Below, in pieces: positions 1 to 13,800 of a stretch of 64,000 nucleotides of DNA; position 1 is the stretch's first letter, and every line of letters begins with the position of its first letter. The stretch comes from Balanoglossus misakiensis (taxonomy: Eukaryota > Animalia > Hemichordata). The DNA lies in assembly GCA_040954595.2 (NCBI GenBank), contig CM082584.2, positions 3,910,110 through 3,974,109 of the forward strand, read 5' to 3'. A program made the position numbers and the translations under genes. The notes beneath the pieces were generated by a model. That model did not search any database, had not been told where the DNA came from, and was given only the letters and a program-made list of their open reading frames with translations.

Positions 1-1119
1 GGCGAGACCGTATGCGATTTGTGTGCCAGAAAAGCAAGCTGTTGGTGTCAAGAATGCGCCCAGTTCTTTTGTGATGGATGTCGGCGTAGTCATTTGAAAA
101 TAAGGACGACCAAGAACCACAGATTCATGTCTATGGAAGAATACAATGCTGTGGCTGAGTCTGGTCGTGATCACCTGATTCGTCCCCGATTCTGCACAGT
201 TCATCAGGACAGTCAGCTCAAGTTATTCTGCCAACACTGTCAAGTGAATGCGTGCATGGAATGTGCAGTGACCGTTCACAAGGGCAGGGCGCACAATCTG
301 GTGTCGTTAGAAGATGCATTGGAAGAGTTCGACCCAGAGTTGCAAGACAAAGAAAATGCAGTGTCAAATAGGGTATTTTCACTCCGAGAAAAACAACAAG
401 AGGCAACCAAAGATATAGAAGATATTGACAAAAACGGAAGTCAGGTTGTGCGTCAAATCAGACATAAAATAGCAGAAATGAGAAATATATTGCAGAAAGA
501 GGAAGACAGGTTGGTGGAAAAGGCGTTGGCAATGAGTGGACAGATGAAGAAAAACAGGCAATCAGAACTGGACCAGATAGAATTCGATCTAGCCTCTGCA
601 GAAAATGTGTATGTCTACACACGAAATCTGCGGACACACGGCAATGCAGCTGATATACTTTCCCAGAAGAAAGAACTGATGCAGAGATTGAATGAAATCA
701 TAAATGATCGTTCAACAGACCGATACGTCCCCCCACAAAACACCCGCCTTGTTTTTCAAGAGAATAACAAGTGCATGCAACTTTCTCTTGGAGAAGTAAT
801 TGACCAATCAGAAGTGACACATGCTGCACGTGTCAGCCAATCAGTTGATCGACAGATACTACAACAGCAACCTGAGGCAACCACCGAGAAATCTGAGATT
901 AAAAGAAAAATGACCGACCAATCCGCGGTGTCTAGTATGTCAAGTGTCAGCCAACCAACTGTTGAGAGGAAACAACAAAGACCTAAGACTCTGGCCCAGA
1001 AGACTACTGCTCCTGGAGTTGTTACTATGCCAACGGGAAGTATGGTTGATAGAGTCAAAACAATCTCAGGCATACTGTTTATTTGTATTACATATACGTT
1101 TGCAGATGGAATACAAGGA
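1..1119 (+). CDS. TRIM-DTC copy A, large coding exon (5' end outside window): B-box1, B-box2, coiled coil, S/Q/T/P linker, start of DTC domain
   Basis: Frame is open from base 1: CDLC..CWCQECAQFFCDGC..H..H (B-box1), C.VHQDSQLKLFCQHC..CMEC..H..H (B-box2), then a heptad helix. It ends [11 protein letters not shown]|gtaagt (donor at 1120, phase 0). Confidence 0.9.
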
Positions 1120-2929
1120 GTAAGTATTACAATGAAAACGGTTTGAGCTGCACAGAAGGAATGTACTGACTATTGATTTGTTTATCAACATAGTCAAAAG
1201 AAAACACGCTTTTTGCATTCAAGGTTAGACTTGCTCCAAGTCTATAGGCTTAAATTTCAGCAAAATTTGTTCCGATTTAATATAGCGTGTGTGGAGTGAA
1301 CGCATGAAGTTGTGGCATCGCGATAGTGATGAACAGTAACCGAAACTCAGTACCGAAATATAATCAAGGCAAACAAACGTATGAAGGGTAATGAGTAAAA
1401 TTAAGAAATGGGGAACACCTGAATTAGTCAAGCAAAAAGTGGGCTAGTCTAATTCAAGGTGAAGATGAAAATCCGCTACTAGACCACAATGCATGCTTTA
1501 AGACCACAATGCATGCTTTAGTGATAAGAATGTATCACCCTCAACAATCTGTTATGAACTGTAACAATGAAAAAAATCACTGGTCTGTACATTTCTTCTG
1601 TGCATCTCAAACACCCTTTTTACCGTTGTCGTTGTATATGTTTGAAGTGATGGTTTGGCTAAATGCGTTGCATACCTTTGCAGTCCTAGCTTCTCTGTTT
1701 AAGTAAATTTTGAACTGTTCCTGGCTTGTCAATATCAATGTCAATATGGGGTATGATATAGAGGGCTGAAAAGTGGTCATGTTTAGTCTTGCTGTTTCAT
1801 TCACACACACCAATACTTATTGGCTATTATATCGACTTAGTTAACTTCTTCGCAAATAACATTATTTTTTTTGTCAAACTTTGTATGCTAACAACAGAGA
1901 TTCGTGTGTCAATACAAATTATTCACGCCACATGAATAAGTGTATCGGAAATGTTTCCTTAATGTCATCATAAACCTGAAAGTTTTGACAGAAAAAGACA
2001 GCCAGCCCATCTTGACTTGATGGCCGAAATCGCACAGAAAACGCTACAATCCATGTGTGGCTACACTTCATTGTTAGTGATGTTTTCAACTGTCACATTT
2101 TGATGATCAAAATGAAAGGAAACAGTCACCTCCCAAAATTGAACCTTCATGATTTCACCTTTTGTGGAAGGAATCAGATCATAATTGATATGAATATTTA
2201 TTCTCCGCAGAATCCAATATTTATTCTTAAAAGTTCAGTTAATACACGCATCAAACATGAATGATAACGCAACAATTGGTGGGGAACTAACCAAAGCCAC
2301 ACCTCTTTCTCACTTTTCAAAATTTGAAATGTTGACGAGCGCGAGTTGTTTGTTTGAGAGATAAAAATCTGCCGAAGCGCCCTCAACGGCTGTACGTAAA
2401 AGTGTGTGTCTGCCAAGAGAGTAACAAACTCCGTGATCAAGGAAACATGGCTAATTATATCTTTCAAATTATTCCCTCAGTAAATTTTCCGCCAGATTCC
2501 AATGTGGTAAACAATTATTAATATTTATTACACCTGATACGACATAAATCAGGACAACGTCATACAATGCTTCACAAGACTTGAATTATTATTTTTATTT
2601 TATTATTTTGTTTATTTTATCATCTAAAAATAACTAAATACATATAAATTTGTAAATATTTTTTTATAATTATCCAAATTTTATTGTAGTTTGACTAATA
2701 AATCATACGTTATTGTTATTATTATTACTATTTATTTTTCATTTCCAAACCCTACATCTAATCAAGTATTTGTGTGGTTTAGAATGATGTTTATTGCTTT
2801 GAATCCTTTGTCAGAAATATTTCGATTTCGTCATATAATTTTGGTAAAATCTGACACCATACTCTACAAATTTAAAGAGTAAGTACCAAAACTCCCAAGT
2901 TACGTGATTTGATGCTGCTTGTGTTGCAG

Positions 2930-3114
2930 CCTGAACATCCAAACCCTGGACAGCTATACAGTGGTGGTCAGTTCAATGGATGGTTACGGGACAATGACAA
3001 GGGTCGTGAAGTGCTGCGACTGTTGAGGATTGCATTTGATCGCCGACTGACTTTCACCATCGATGGGGAATCAAACGAAGTAGTCTGGAATGGCATAACA
3101 CATGACCAATCTGG
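2930..3114 (+). CDS. TRIM-DTC copy A, DTC exon 2
   Basis: ttgcag|CCT acceptor, GG|gtaagt donor (phase 2). [12 protein letters not shown]...[20 protein letters not shown]...VVWNGITH matches the Deltex C-terminal pattern (EHPNPG.PY, LL..AF..RL.FTI, V.WN.IH). Confidence 0.9.
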
Positions 3115-4434
3115 GTAAGTTTGATTTCCATTATTGCTATTTCATCACACTGACACCCATTTAATTTCAATTAACCAACAATACGTTACTTTTTTGTGAT
3201 GTGTATCAGAAATTTAAAGGGGTCTTCAATCATGTCAGCTCTTGTTTCCCTGTGTGGTTTTGATGGCGAACTGGGAGAAAAAAACATACATTGTAGGTCA
3301 TTGGAATAGATATCAAAATTAAAACAACACCGTTCCGGTGCCAAGAAAAGAGACACGTAACGTGAAATACATTTCGAGATCTCTATATATAGAATGATTT
3401 TATGGAAATGCATAGGAATCCAGCTCTGAAGGTCTAGGTCTCTGCTAGTGACAAAAGTGTACATACATAGGTTATAGCAAAAAAAAACTAAAATCAAAGT
3501 ATTTTGATCAGTTTAATAGCCAACAAATCAATAGTACCACAAGTCAAAATAGCAACGGCAAAGAACAGACATGTATTGAAGCTCATTGAACATGTTTGAG
3601 CTCACCCGCTGATGGTGATAGTATCTGTGCAGGTAACCATCTTACTTAATTTTCACGTCTTTTGGTTTCATTGAACTACGCCTCTCGCACCTGAGTGTGT
3701 TCCTTGTAATGGGTACTAATGACGTCAATAATCAAGTTTTCAATTCTTTCAAAATATTTAGGGAATTGAAAATCAAAATCTACTTATAGACACATTCTTA
3801 TGTGACTCTCACTCAGACAGAAATGACTTGTGCACGTACCTATAAAATTGTTGTAATGTTGATGAAGGGGATATCGACATGTTTTATTACAAATACATTC
3901 ATTCGCAAGTAATTGTGACTGTTACAACGTTACACGCCATTGTAACTGGTGGTATAAGTGGAGTGTGCGATATGTCATTTTAGAATACACAACTATAAGC
4001 ATATGTAATTCGAATGATCAACCTGCAATCCATTGATTGACACCTAATGGCCATTCCGGTTCCCCAAAATGGCTACAAATATTGCAGTGGCATAATTTAT
4101 TCCAGTAAACGTTTATAAATCCAAGTTGCTTCCAACCCATCTGCATCTGTCCATCGCAATAAATTGGTGGAAAATAGACAAAATTAACGTTTCACACGTG
4201 ACAATTAAGGCATAAACCAAATACCAATTGCCTCTAGTAAAACCTAAATGTATAATTTTGAACGAAACCATGCAGCTTTCGTTCATAGCAAACTTTCAAC
4301 TCATATGGAAGCCGTGGAAATCATGAGTACTGGTATATTCTTCTAAAATTGTTATACTTCATACTGGAACACAATTTTGAAATCCCTATAGCTACTATTA
4401 TATTACTGTCATACGCATGTTAACATGTGTTATG

Positions 4435-4977
4435 TATAATCCCATGATATTTTTCTTTGTTTAACGTCATCGTATACTCGTGGTTTTTCTGTCAAACTTC
4501 AACTTGCAGCATAACTTTGCGGGCGAACTTAATGTGATGACTTGCTAGGACGTGGTGTTGACACGTACACAGCGCAAGACGATGATTGACAGGCAGAATG
4601 TATCAAAATTCTGGCCCATGTGACTGACTCCGCGAATCCGATTGGTAGACAAGACGCAAAAGTGTATAAACTTGAAAGTCAATTTCCCTTTATGAATGTT
4701 ATGAATGAAAGGGATTCCATAATTAGCATATCTCGTGGGGGCCACAGATCGTTGCGCAGGGGAAAGAACGTAATCCCGCTAAATAAACTGCAATGCCGCT
4801 TGAATATTTTAGCAAGATATTGGAATATATTTCTATCCTACCTCTTGTAATGAAAAATAAGAAGACTGTTCATATGAAAAATATATAATCCCATGATATT
4901 TTTCTTTGTTTGACGTCATCGTATACTCGTGGTTTTCGCAGATGACGTCAAACAAAGAAAAATATCATGGGATTATA
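4435..4977. mobile_element. Copy-A-specific TIR element(s), unclassified
   Basis: TATAATCCCATGATATTTTTCTTTGTTT at 4435 and again at 4884, with an inverted copy ending 4977 (4884-4977 is a hairpin). Absent at the paralogous site near 40345. Confidence 0.7.
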
Positions 4978-5562
4978 TATAACTATTCCACGTTCACCGG
5001 GATCATACAAAATAAACAGAATATGGCACTGTTGGACCAAATAAAACGACAGAATTCAGATGTAACAGATCTTGCACGTTTATACATGTATGTCTGGTGA
5101 TGGTCAGGAAATTGCGATGTTGTGCAAATTATTTCAACTCATAAGATATTTGGCAGCTTTATTTGCTCAAATCTTACATTTATGACACTCATACTGCACA
5201 TTATTTGAAAGTTTTCAAACGGCATTGTTCTCTTTCCAAATTATAAACATGAATAAGTCAAGAGTCTGGGTATAGTTAATGTTGTCACATTGATGCCATC
5301 TGTAGAATGTGATTTCTTTTCTTCTATATCCTGTTATTATAGGCAACGGTGAGATCCAATTATTAAGCGGAGTGTTTCTTCTATCACATCACTTTTTTAT
5401 GTTCAACATAACACTGAGAAGAGCTCCATGCTTTATATTTGTTACAAAAACTTTGTACTGTGCTGTATAGTGTATATTTGACATTTCCATTTAATGTCAT
5501 AATCTCTATTTTGTTAGTCGTTGTTGAGAGTTACCAACTACAGATTTGTTTATTTTATCCAG

Positions 5563-5641
5563 GAATATTTGGGAAGATGATGACTGGCGATCTTATTATG
5601 CAAAAGTGAAGAAAGAATTGGCTGCAAAAGGAGTGGTGTAA
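5563..5641 (+). CDS. TRIM-DTC copy A, terminal coding exon
   Basis: ttttatccag|G acceptor, phase 2 matches. Encodes [25 protein letters not shown]; the V..EL.AKG end is the typical Deltex C-terminus. AATAAA at 5942. Confidence 0.88.
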
Positions 5642-6462
5642 ATGTCAAGACGCCCTCACAACGTGGTTGTAGCCACCACATGGAATGCATAATGAGAGAG
5701 ACCTCAAGTGAATGTCAAGTACTCCGTGACGAATAGTCATTTCTCTCTCAAATTATTTGGAGTTTTAGAAATATTTTATTGTATTATACAGAATAAGATT
5801 TGGTAAAGGAAAGCTAGTGTAGAATAGGATTTTGTCAAGAAAAATGTAGAAGATAAGGATTAATCTGTGTGTAGTCACGGTATATTTCAAGTACAGAATT
5901 ATCGCTGATCTGGTTCAGTTCATTTGGGATAATTGCATAGTAATAAACTCTATAAAACTCTCAGCACAGTACATGGAGCCTACACATTCGACATTTGGTC
6001 AGAAATACCACATTATCCCCAAGTACAACGAATACTAATTGTTTTTTACCCATTGATTTGTAATATAAAAGAAGTTCATTTTTCTTATACTTAGCACTCA
6101 AATCTAATTCTTGCATATATCCAAGTTATTTTACACAGTGAATGGGGTTTTAACACATTACTACACCAAATATAGATTTGAAAGCCATGTTAATTTTTGC
6201 ACAAATAATTCTGAAGATTTTTCAATTCCATCAACCAGAATGATATCAATTTATCACATGATAATATGGTTTCTTGAACCTAGTCTAACAAGTAACATTT
6301 TTTTTTTCAATTATGTAAAGTGATATTCTCTTAAATAAAAACAAATGTATAATAAGGTATGGACGTTGGAGGCAGCAATCTATCCCATCATGCCCTTTTT
6401 TCCCGTACATGTTTCCAAAACTCTATCCCTATAAAATTTACCATCACCGACAGTCAATAGCC

Positions 6463-7770
6463 TAGTCTGGTCCTCTGCCCCATTCCCGCCGTTGGCTGCG
6501 CTACGCTAAGGGACCGTTCAGTTTTTACGGCAGGGGGGGGGGGCCGGCAAGTTTGTGTCATCGGTTCTCAAAATCAGGCCGACCCCCCCTTCACCCAGCC
6601 CAAAAAAATGATGACCCCCCCTTTGACAGACCCAAAAATATGATGACCCCCCCCCCCCCACGCCGAAAACATTTGCCGTCCTGATCCTATGTATACACTG
6701 TATGCAATAAAAGGAATGGGGCTCCTCACCCCTCAATTATAAATTTCTTAAAGTAATTGAATTATTTAATAATATCGTTGCAATAAAGAAATCTATGAAC
6801 AAAATAAAATGACAAGTCATTACAATAGTTGCTAGAATTTATAAAACAAGAAAAGTGGCGGGGGTGGGCGTGGGAGGGGGTGTCCCCCTCCAACATAAGA
6901 AAATTTTGTAAAATACAGTGCTCAAAGTTGCATTTTAATGAACTCAAAAGCAAATAAAGTCAATGTTAGGCAGGACGAATTTTGATTTTGCCACTCCACT
7001 CAAAGTAAGCATTGGGGTGGGGTGGGAATAAGTCTGCCCTGGTACACTAGACAAACCAGCAGATAAATGATATGTTGCATAGAATGTAGGGGGTGGGTGT
7101 GAAAATTTTGTAAAATAAAGGGCGCGAAACTGCAATTTTGTGGACTCTAAAGCAAAAGTTTGGTGGCAAAAGTATGTGACCCCCCCCTAAACGTTTAAAA
7201 AAAACAGATGACCCCCCCCTTTTGGACTTCAAAATTCAAGTGACCCCCCCCCCCCTGGATTTTGCCGCCCCCCCCCCCCCCCCCCGGCCGTAAACACTGA
7301 ACGGTCCCTAAAAGACCCAAGCTTAAGGGTCAGGTATGGACTATTGTTAATATGGCTCTTATTGGTCAATAAATACGAACATTGTGATTGGACGAAAGCT
7401 ATTTCAAACATTAAAAGTTTGAGTTTGTTTGCCAATCAAAATATGCTTTGGTGAAGTTGAATGAGAATTTAACACTCCTTTTCAAACTATGGAATATGGT
7501 TACAAGTCAAAGCATCGTAGTCTGGTCGTCTGCCCCATTCCCACCGCTGGCTGCACCACTTTAAAACGAAAGGAGTCAGGTACGGCCCGATCTTGGCCAA
7601 AAACCTGGCCAGCATATTATAATGAAACAAAGACCACATGATCATAAACAAGATGGATGCCTCCAATGTCCATACACCAATGAGAGCCATGTTTACAAAA
7701 GCCCGTGCCTCAGACCCTTTCCTTTAGCGTAGCGCAGCCAGCAGTGGGAATGGGGCAGGGGACCAGTCTA
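6463..7770. mobile_element. TAGTCT-ended TIR element (Academ-like, tentative) hosting a Harbinger MITE
   Basis: Left TIR TAGTCTGGTCCTCTGCCCCATTCCC at 6463, again at 7518; right TIR GGGAATGGGGCAGGGGACCAGTCTA ending 7770. Absent in copy B near 42390. Confidence 0.6.
6510..7308. mobile_element. PIF/Harbinger-type MITE, family 1
   Basis: TIR GGGACCGTTCAGTTTTTACGGC, TAA on both sides. Confidence 0.85.
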
Positions 7771-7895
7771 GTCACATAACAGCTTGTCTGTGTGCGCATT
7801 TACACACTCTCAATCCCCCACTCCCAGTGGCCAGGAGTGTGATATAGAAACCACATCCAAAACAACTTAGGTACTTTTCTGTTCTTATTTTTTAG

Positions 7896-10800
7896 GAATA
7901 ATGAATCAAACAAAATCAGACTTGGGCAAGAAAATGCTAAGGTAAACATGTAGTTGCAAATGTGAGAAAAAAAGTCGTGAATGGTGAGAAAATTTTTGTA
8001 TTTATCCAAACTTGCAAACAAAAATGAACCAGTACATTACAAGTTCCCCTGGATAGTCGCAAATAAATCTGTTTGACCGTACAACTGTATTTCTCCTGGC
8101 TAGAGCCCCAGGGTCTGAACATTGAACATTTACAAGGGGAATGAGAGGTGCTCTTGTCCTAGCATCCACCTTGATATGTTAAAAACTGCCGTGCAGTAGA
8201 TTTGCTAAAATTGGACATTTTATTTACTGAGAAGTAAGGGATTGTGTTATACATACCTGATGTATAAGATGACAAAATGTTAAATGGAAAAAAAAATGTT
8301 GACAAACTTCAACATTTACCTACTTCTATTATACTCATCAAATGTTTATTTCAACTGTAAAAATCACCCGGGGCTCTAAATAACAGGATATTGCTTCAAA
8401 GATTAACCCTTTCACCACTATGGTCCGGTCCAAATCCATTGTTTTCTAATGGGAAGGTTGGACCTCTATAGAGGGAACTGGGGGTGAAAGGGTTAATGGA
8501 AGTGGGGCCTAATTTGCCTGCAGGAGCAAGGCCTCTACCAAGAGAAATACAGTAGATTAAGTTTGTTTGAACCAATATTACAATGGACAAGATATATTTT
8601 GACCGGACAATTTTCAACACATCCTACAGGTGAAGATAGAGTTGGATAAATGTCAATATTACATACAAACATACATGGAATCGAAACACCATTCATATCT
8701 TCATCAAGTTTTCAAAACCAAGAACCCCTTCCCATTTACTGCTGTGTCCCCAATTATGAAAAATTGTTTTGATTTGCTCAGGATGTGGTTCTTGAGACCT
8801 GTACAGGATATTGATCTCCTGAAGGAAAGACAAGCTGCAATCAGTTTTTTTGTCTCACCAAGAAATATTGAAGTATGCTCATCTCTACAAGACGCTCTAC
8901 GGAATATCAAGAATGTCGCTGTACGTACATTGTGTATCTACTAAGTATATTAAAGTATTTTAAAATTTTGAATGACAATTTTTCAATTTCATTATAGTTC
9001 ATACCAATTTTGCCACAAGAAGACATATTTTGTACTTATAACAAATATAACTTGTGAGTAGATGTTTTTAAAAAAATACCATATATCCGCTGTTAATTTT
9101 CGATAAATTCTCTTCGTATTTGGATTTTCTTTGATAGTTTGCATTGTGTGTGTGCATTATATGTGTTAGAGTGAACGGTCCATTGTTTGAGGGCGCTCCC
9201 TATGCTAGTGCCCTTGAATAGTGGATCTTGTGCAAGAACCAAATACATTAATTAGTTTTATCAGACACATGTAGTACGAGTATATCACAAACATGTACCG
9301 GTAGATTATGTATTATTGTTCTTTTGTTTATTATTTCTAGAGAGTGTTGGGTCGGATGAAAACAGCTCAAGCCTCAATTGGTGACTGGCAAGCCCTATAC
9401 CAGGTACAAGTCACAAGTTAATATTTTCACAATAAATAAATCTACAATAGGTACGCATTTTAAAGATAACTGAGATCATTGATATGAAAGAGATATCTTG
9501 TCTTAAATTATTGATTGCGTGTTACTTGTAGACTGCCTATAATGCAATATACATTGGTGATATATGCAGAGCTCAGACTGCTGATGTGGCCATCTTTAAG
9601 AAGGTAAGGACACTTTCATAAGCAATTTACATTTACTGTTTTGTATTGGTTTTAGAAAATGTAACAATGAGTCTGTTAATGTGTAAGAAAGAAGTCGAGA
9701 CTTTCTAAAATAATCAGTGTTTGCCTATGTCACCTGTGATTTTTATTCCTGTACACCTATTTCTGTGTAATTCCCAAATGGGACCACAGTGTCCTTGACG
9801 CTATGTTTTTCTGTCTGATTGCTTTGAAATTTGGGTTACAGGTAAATAATACATATATGTGCAACTTTTATTTAATTGTAATATCATTTGCGTATTTAGC
9901 TAGTTTGTAATTTTCTTTATTTTTGGTCAAAAAAGCACTATTGATTCAATGGATGCAAAATGCAAACAATAGATATGCAATGCAGTGGGCCATCTGAAAG
10001 TCTTCTTTGCACCTGCACTACAATGGTTGAGAGTTGAGACCAGATCACAGGCCAAGAATGCACTATTTTGAAGCCCTACAAATTTATTCTTTCTGTGATT
10101 TTAGTGAAAACAGGTGACTTGTGGTTGGTGAAAAGGACTTTTTTGGGGCTAATCAACTTCCCAGGACACACACACAAAAATCATCCCTGGTACCCTTCCC
10201 CTATTAAAATATTACACACTGCAATCTGAATGGATGGCAAGAAGTGACACCTTGGTTACATGTAACTCCAGTTTGAGTTTCATTACGACAGGGACGTGGC
10301 TGTTTTCGTCATATGCTCTTTGTGCCACACTTAATACCAAACAGATCGAGATGCTCACAAATAGCTGCATGTCCTGACAATGTTATTTTCACAAGCAATA
10401 TATTTACACGTAAATATAGCTGTGAATGAACAATGTATGATGTACTACATTGTTTTACGTGAATATTAATTCTCGCGTAACAGTGGCCTCTCTCCACATC
10501 GCAAAAATTTCAACTCGAAAAAATAACATGTTTTACAGTATTTACAGGCATTGTAATATTTTCCTTTTTTGTTATTTTCCCCTTTTTTTTTCGACAGATA
10601 AGCAGAACATTCACTGAGGATTTACATTATATTGCCGGCCTGATTATCAAAATTGTAAGACCTGGTTATTTTGTTTTAATGTCCTCCAGACAAACCTAGG
10701 ATAGAGACATAGATTATCATACGGCCAAAATAAAAAATATGTGCTGTTCCGATTACCCGACCTACCCTAATTTTAACCCACCGACCCTAAACTTTTTAGA

Positions 10801-13800
10801 GCTTCATTAACCTGCAAGTAAAAAATAATGTCAAATATACAAAATTTATAGAAAATTGTGCGAAATATGATGAAATCGCGCGCATCACGCAAGAACTATG
10901 ACATCTTTCTTCTACACTAACGCTGCAAGAGAAATAAAAAAAAAATGCAAAATAAAAAAATTCCCTACCTACCTGCCTACCCTATTTTAAAAAACAATGT
11001 AATCAGAACAGCACATATTATTTTTTTTGGGGGGGGGGGGGGGGCTTAATATAAATTATAATTTCTGTCCATGCACACTTCTGTTTATTCTGCAGCCATT
11101 GAATAGACATCAGTGAAAAGTACAGGATAAGTACCGGGCAACAGCAATATAGTTTTCAAATGTGAAATCTGTAATTGAGAATGACTTGATTTAATACATG
11201 GATATATTGGTGATGATCTAATGTCTTTACAATGGTAAAATGATAGTTTTGTTCATTTACTTAGTTATATTATAATAAGACACAGTGTACATATTTTCAT
11301 GACTATCTATGGATGGGAAATAATGCAATAAGTTGATTTTTCTGTGATGAGAATTTCTGAAGTGAAGTCAAGATGTTATTTAGCTAAATACTTGAAGAGA
11401 ACAAAAAATTCACTTGTTATTTCCAGGTGGATTTTGAAGAATCTGCTGTTCTGAACAAGTTTGTTGTGAAACCAAATGTAGACAAGGCTCTGGATGAAAG
11501 TGAGTTGACAATAGTAGATACATGTTACTTCTATTAAAGGGACAAAGTCTCTGTCTCGCTGCCCTTTTTCCATTAATTATGTTTGATACAAGACAATGTT
11601 TATGTTATTCTACATGTGGATATATAGTGAATGAACATTCAATCACACACACCTTCCATCCCACTTGCAGACACAAAAGTGAAAAACTCGCCAAAATGAA
11701 TAATTGTTCTCTACCATTGATTCATTTTGGGCGAGTTTTTACTCTTATATCATCACACCACAGTATTAGCATGAGGTATATTATAATGTATGATAGAACG
11801 CCATAGGTTATGCCAGTAGGTGTATAATAATATTTATTCGCAATGACTGTATTCCAGAGAAGGAAACCTACAATGGATTGCCAGATTTTATGACCAAGAT
11901 TGCCAGAGAGGAGTTGAAGAAACTTGGTGATGACATCAAGGAATGCAATGTGGTGTATTTACCTCAGCTGGGTTATCTTCTGGCTATTCCAAGATCCTCA
12001 ATTATGTCAGAGAAGCAAGACTTTCAAATGCCATCGCTTGAGTTTGTGGTGAGTCAACTTTGAGGGTCTTGGTTCTACCACAGTACAGGATAATGATTTG
12101 TTGTTTTGGCTGTTTAAGTTTAAATGTTGCCACCAAGTCAATTAAAGGGATACAGTCACCCCCAATTTACATACGCCCATATATGTCAGAAATGGTGTAT
12201 TTGAGTGTTCTTAAAAGAACATATGGTGGCGCTTTTTTTTCGTGTGTGCCACCCACTGAAAATCTGTGATGGCTATAGATCTCAATTTGCTATTGTAATT
12301 TTAGCTAAATTTACACAGGTGACTGTATACCTTTAATGTTTGCAACTAACATTATAGTAAATTTCATACAAATTTACAAACCTGTTCTATCTGTTTACTG
12401 GCATCATTTTTTTTTCTAAACTTACTGAAATAGTTATTTATTTTGTCCTCACTTGCAACCAAAATATAGTTCTTCTTTTTCCATGGTGCATTTTAGCCAA
12501 TTTTTTTTGTTGCCCGTCGTATAAAGTGCGGTATTGAACTATTTTTCCACTTAGACTTATTCTGAACATCTTTGCATGGCTCATATTTAGAGCATTTGAC
12601 CTACATAGGTATGGCAAAGCTGGGCAGTTTGAACGCCCTTAAAATGCACAAAATCTCACTGTTTTGCACTGTTTTGACTGGTTAGTCATGTATAATGGCC
12701 CTACTGAGTTGCACACGCTTTACAGGTTAACAGGTCTGGGTGCTGGTAGTTTAGGCCCCATCAAACCAGTTACAGCCGATTTGGCAAGAAAAGGGTTACG
12801 TTATAGAAAGTATGGACGAGTCACCCTGACCATTAATGTTTGTTTATGGGGCGAGGGGAAAGCCAAAAATTCATGGGCTCGGAAGCCTCGCCCATGAATT
12901 TTTGGCTTTCCTCGAGGCCGCACCCATAAACAAACGTTAATGGTCAGGGCAGAGTTGGTTATTTCCATTATATTACCAACGAATTCAAGAAAACCGTCAA
13001 AATTTACGAAAATGTTCCACTGGGGTCTCCGGAACTTGTGTTACGCAAATATGTTGTATTCGCTGAACTGTTTGCTAATATTACTATTCAGATTTATGGG
13101 CATGTAAACAAACCATTTCTGAGTTACTTGTGGTCAGTGACGTCATTCATCTCGACCAATTAAAATGGGACGCACAGGCCATGGTAATATAATAACATAT
13201 AACCAAAATGATGTATCGGATATTATCCAAACAGTGATATTTTCCATGTTCACTTTGTAGTTCTTGTCAAATAATACGGTTCATTACAAGAGTGCCAGTA
13301 CAAGAGGTGAGTAAATGTTTGGCTGTTTCACACAGAGTTCATACATTCCTGGAAAAATCTTTGAAAGTTTTTAAAATGTGAAACCTGGAAAATCTGTAGG
13401 AGTTAAAAAAAATCACTGCTTGAGAATTCCATCTATCGTGATGCCATAAACTGGAAAATGTTTTAACCTGAAGCAATGACTGGCCTTTTTAATCTCTTGA
13501 TCTAACAAAAAAACAGGAAAACATTTTAAAAATACAAATAAAATTATGAAACTACTAAATTGACATTGACTTGTTATTACATTACTTACCAGTAGCTTTG
13601 TTACAGTTGGGGAGAAATAATGAAAAGCTGAGAAGTTTATATGTCTTGCCTGAGTTGTCACATGTTTGTAACATGTTTAAGTTCAAGCAACCTTTTTGGC
13701 CAATCTTAAAGCAATGGTGTTAAGTTCTACCTTATATTATTTCAAATAGCCATAATAAACACCCTACTTTTCTCCATATGTGGGATTTTTTTTAAAGTTG

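Noticed and set aside
1120-1146. TRIM ORF ending VSITMKTV* (and 37053-37079)
   Set aside because: Read-through of a canonical gtaagt donor; the DTC continues in phase in two further exons.
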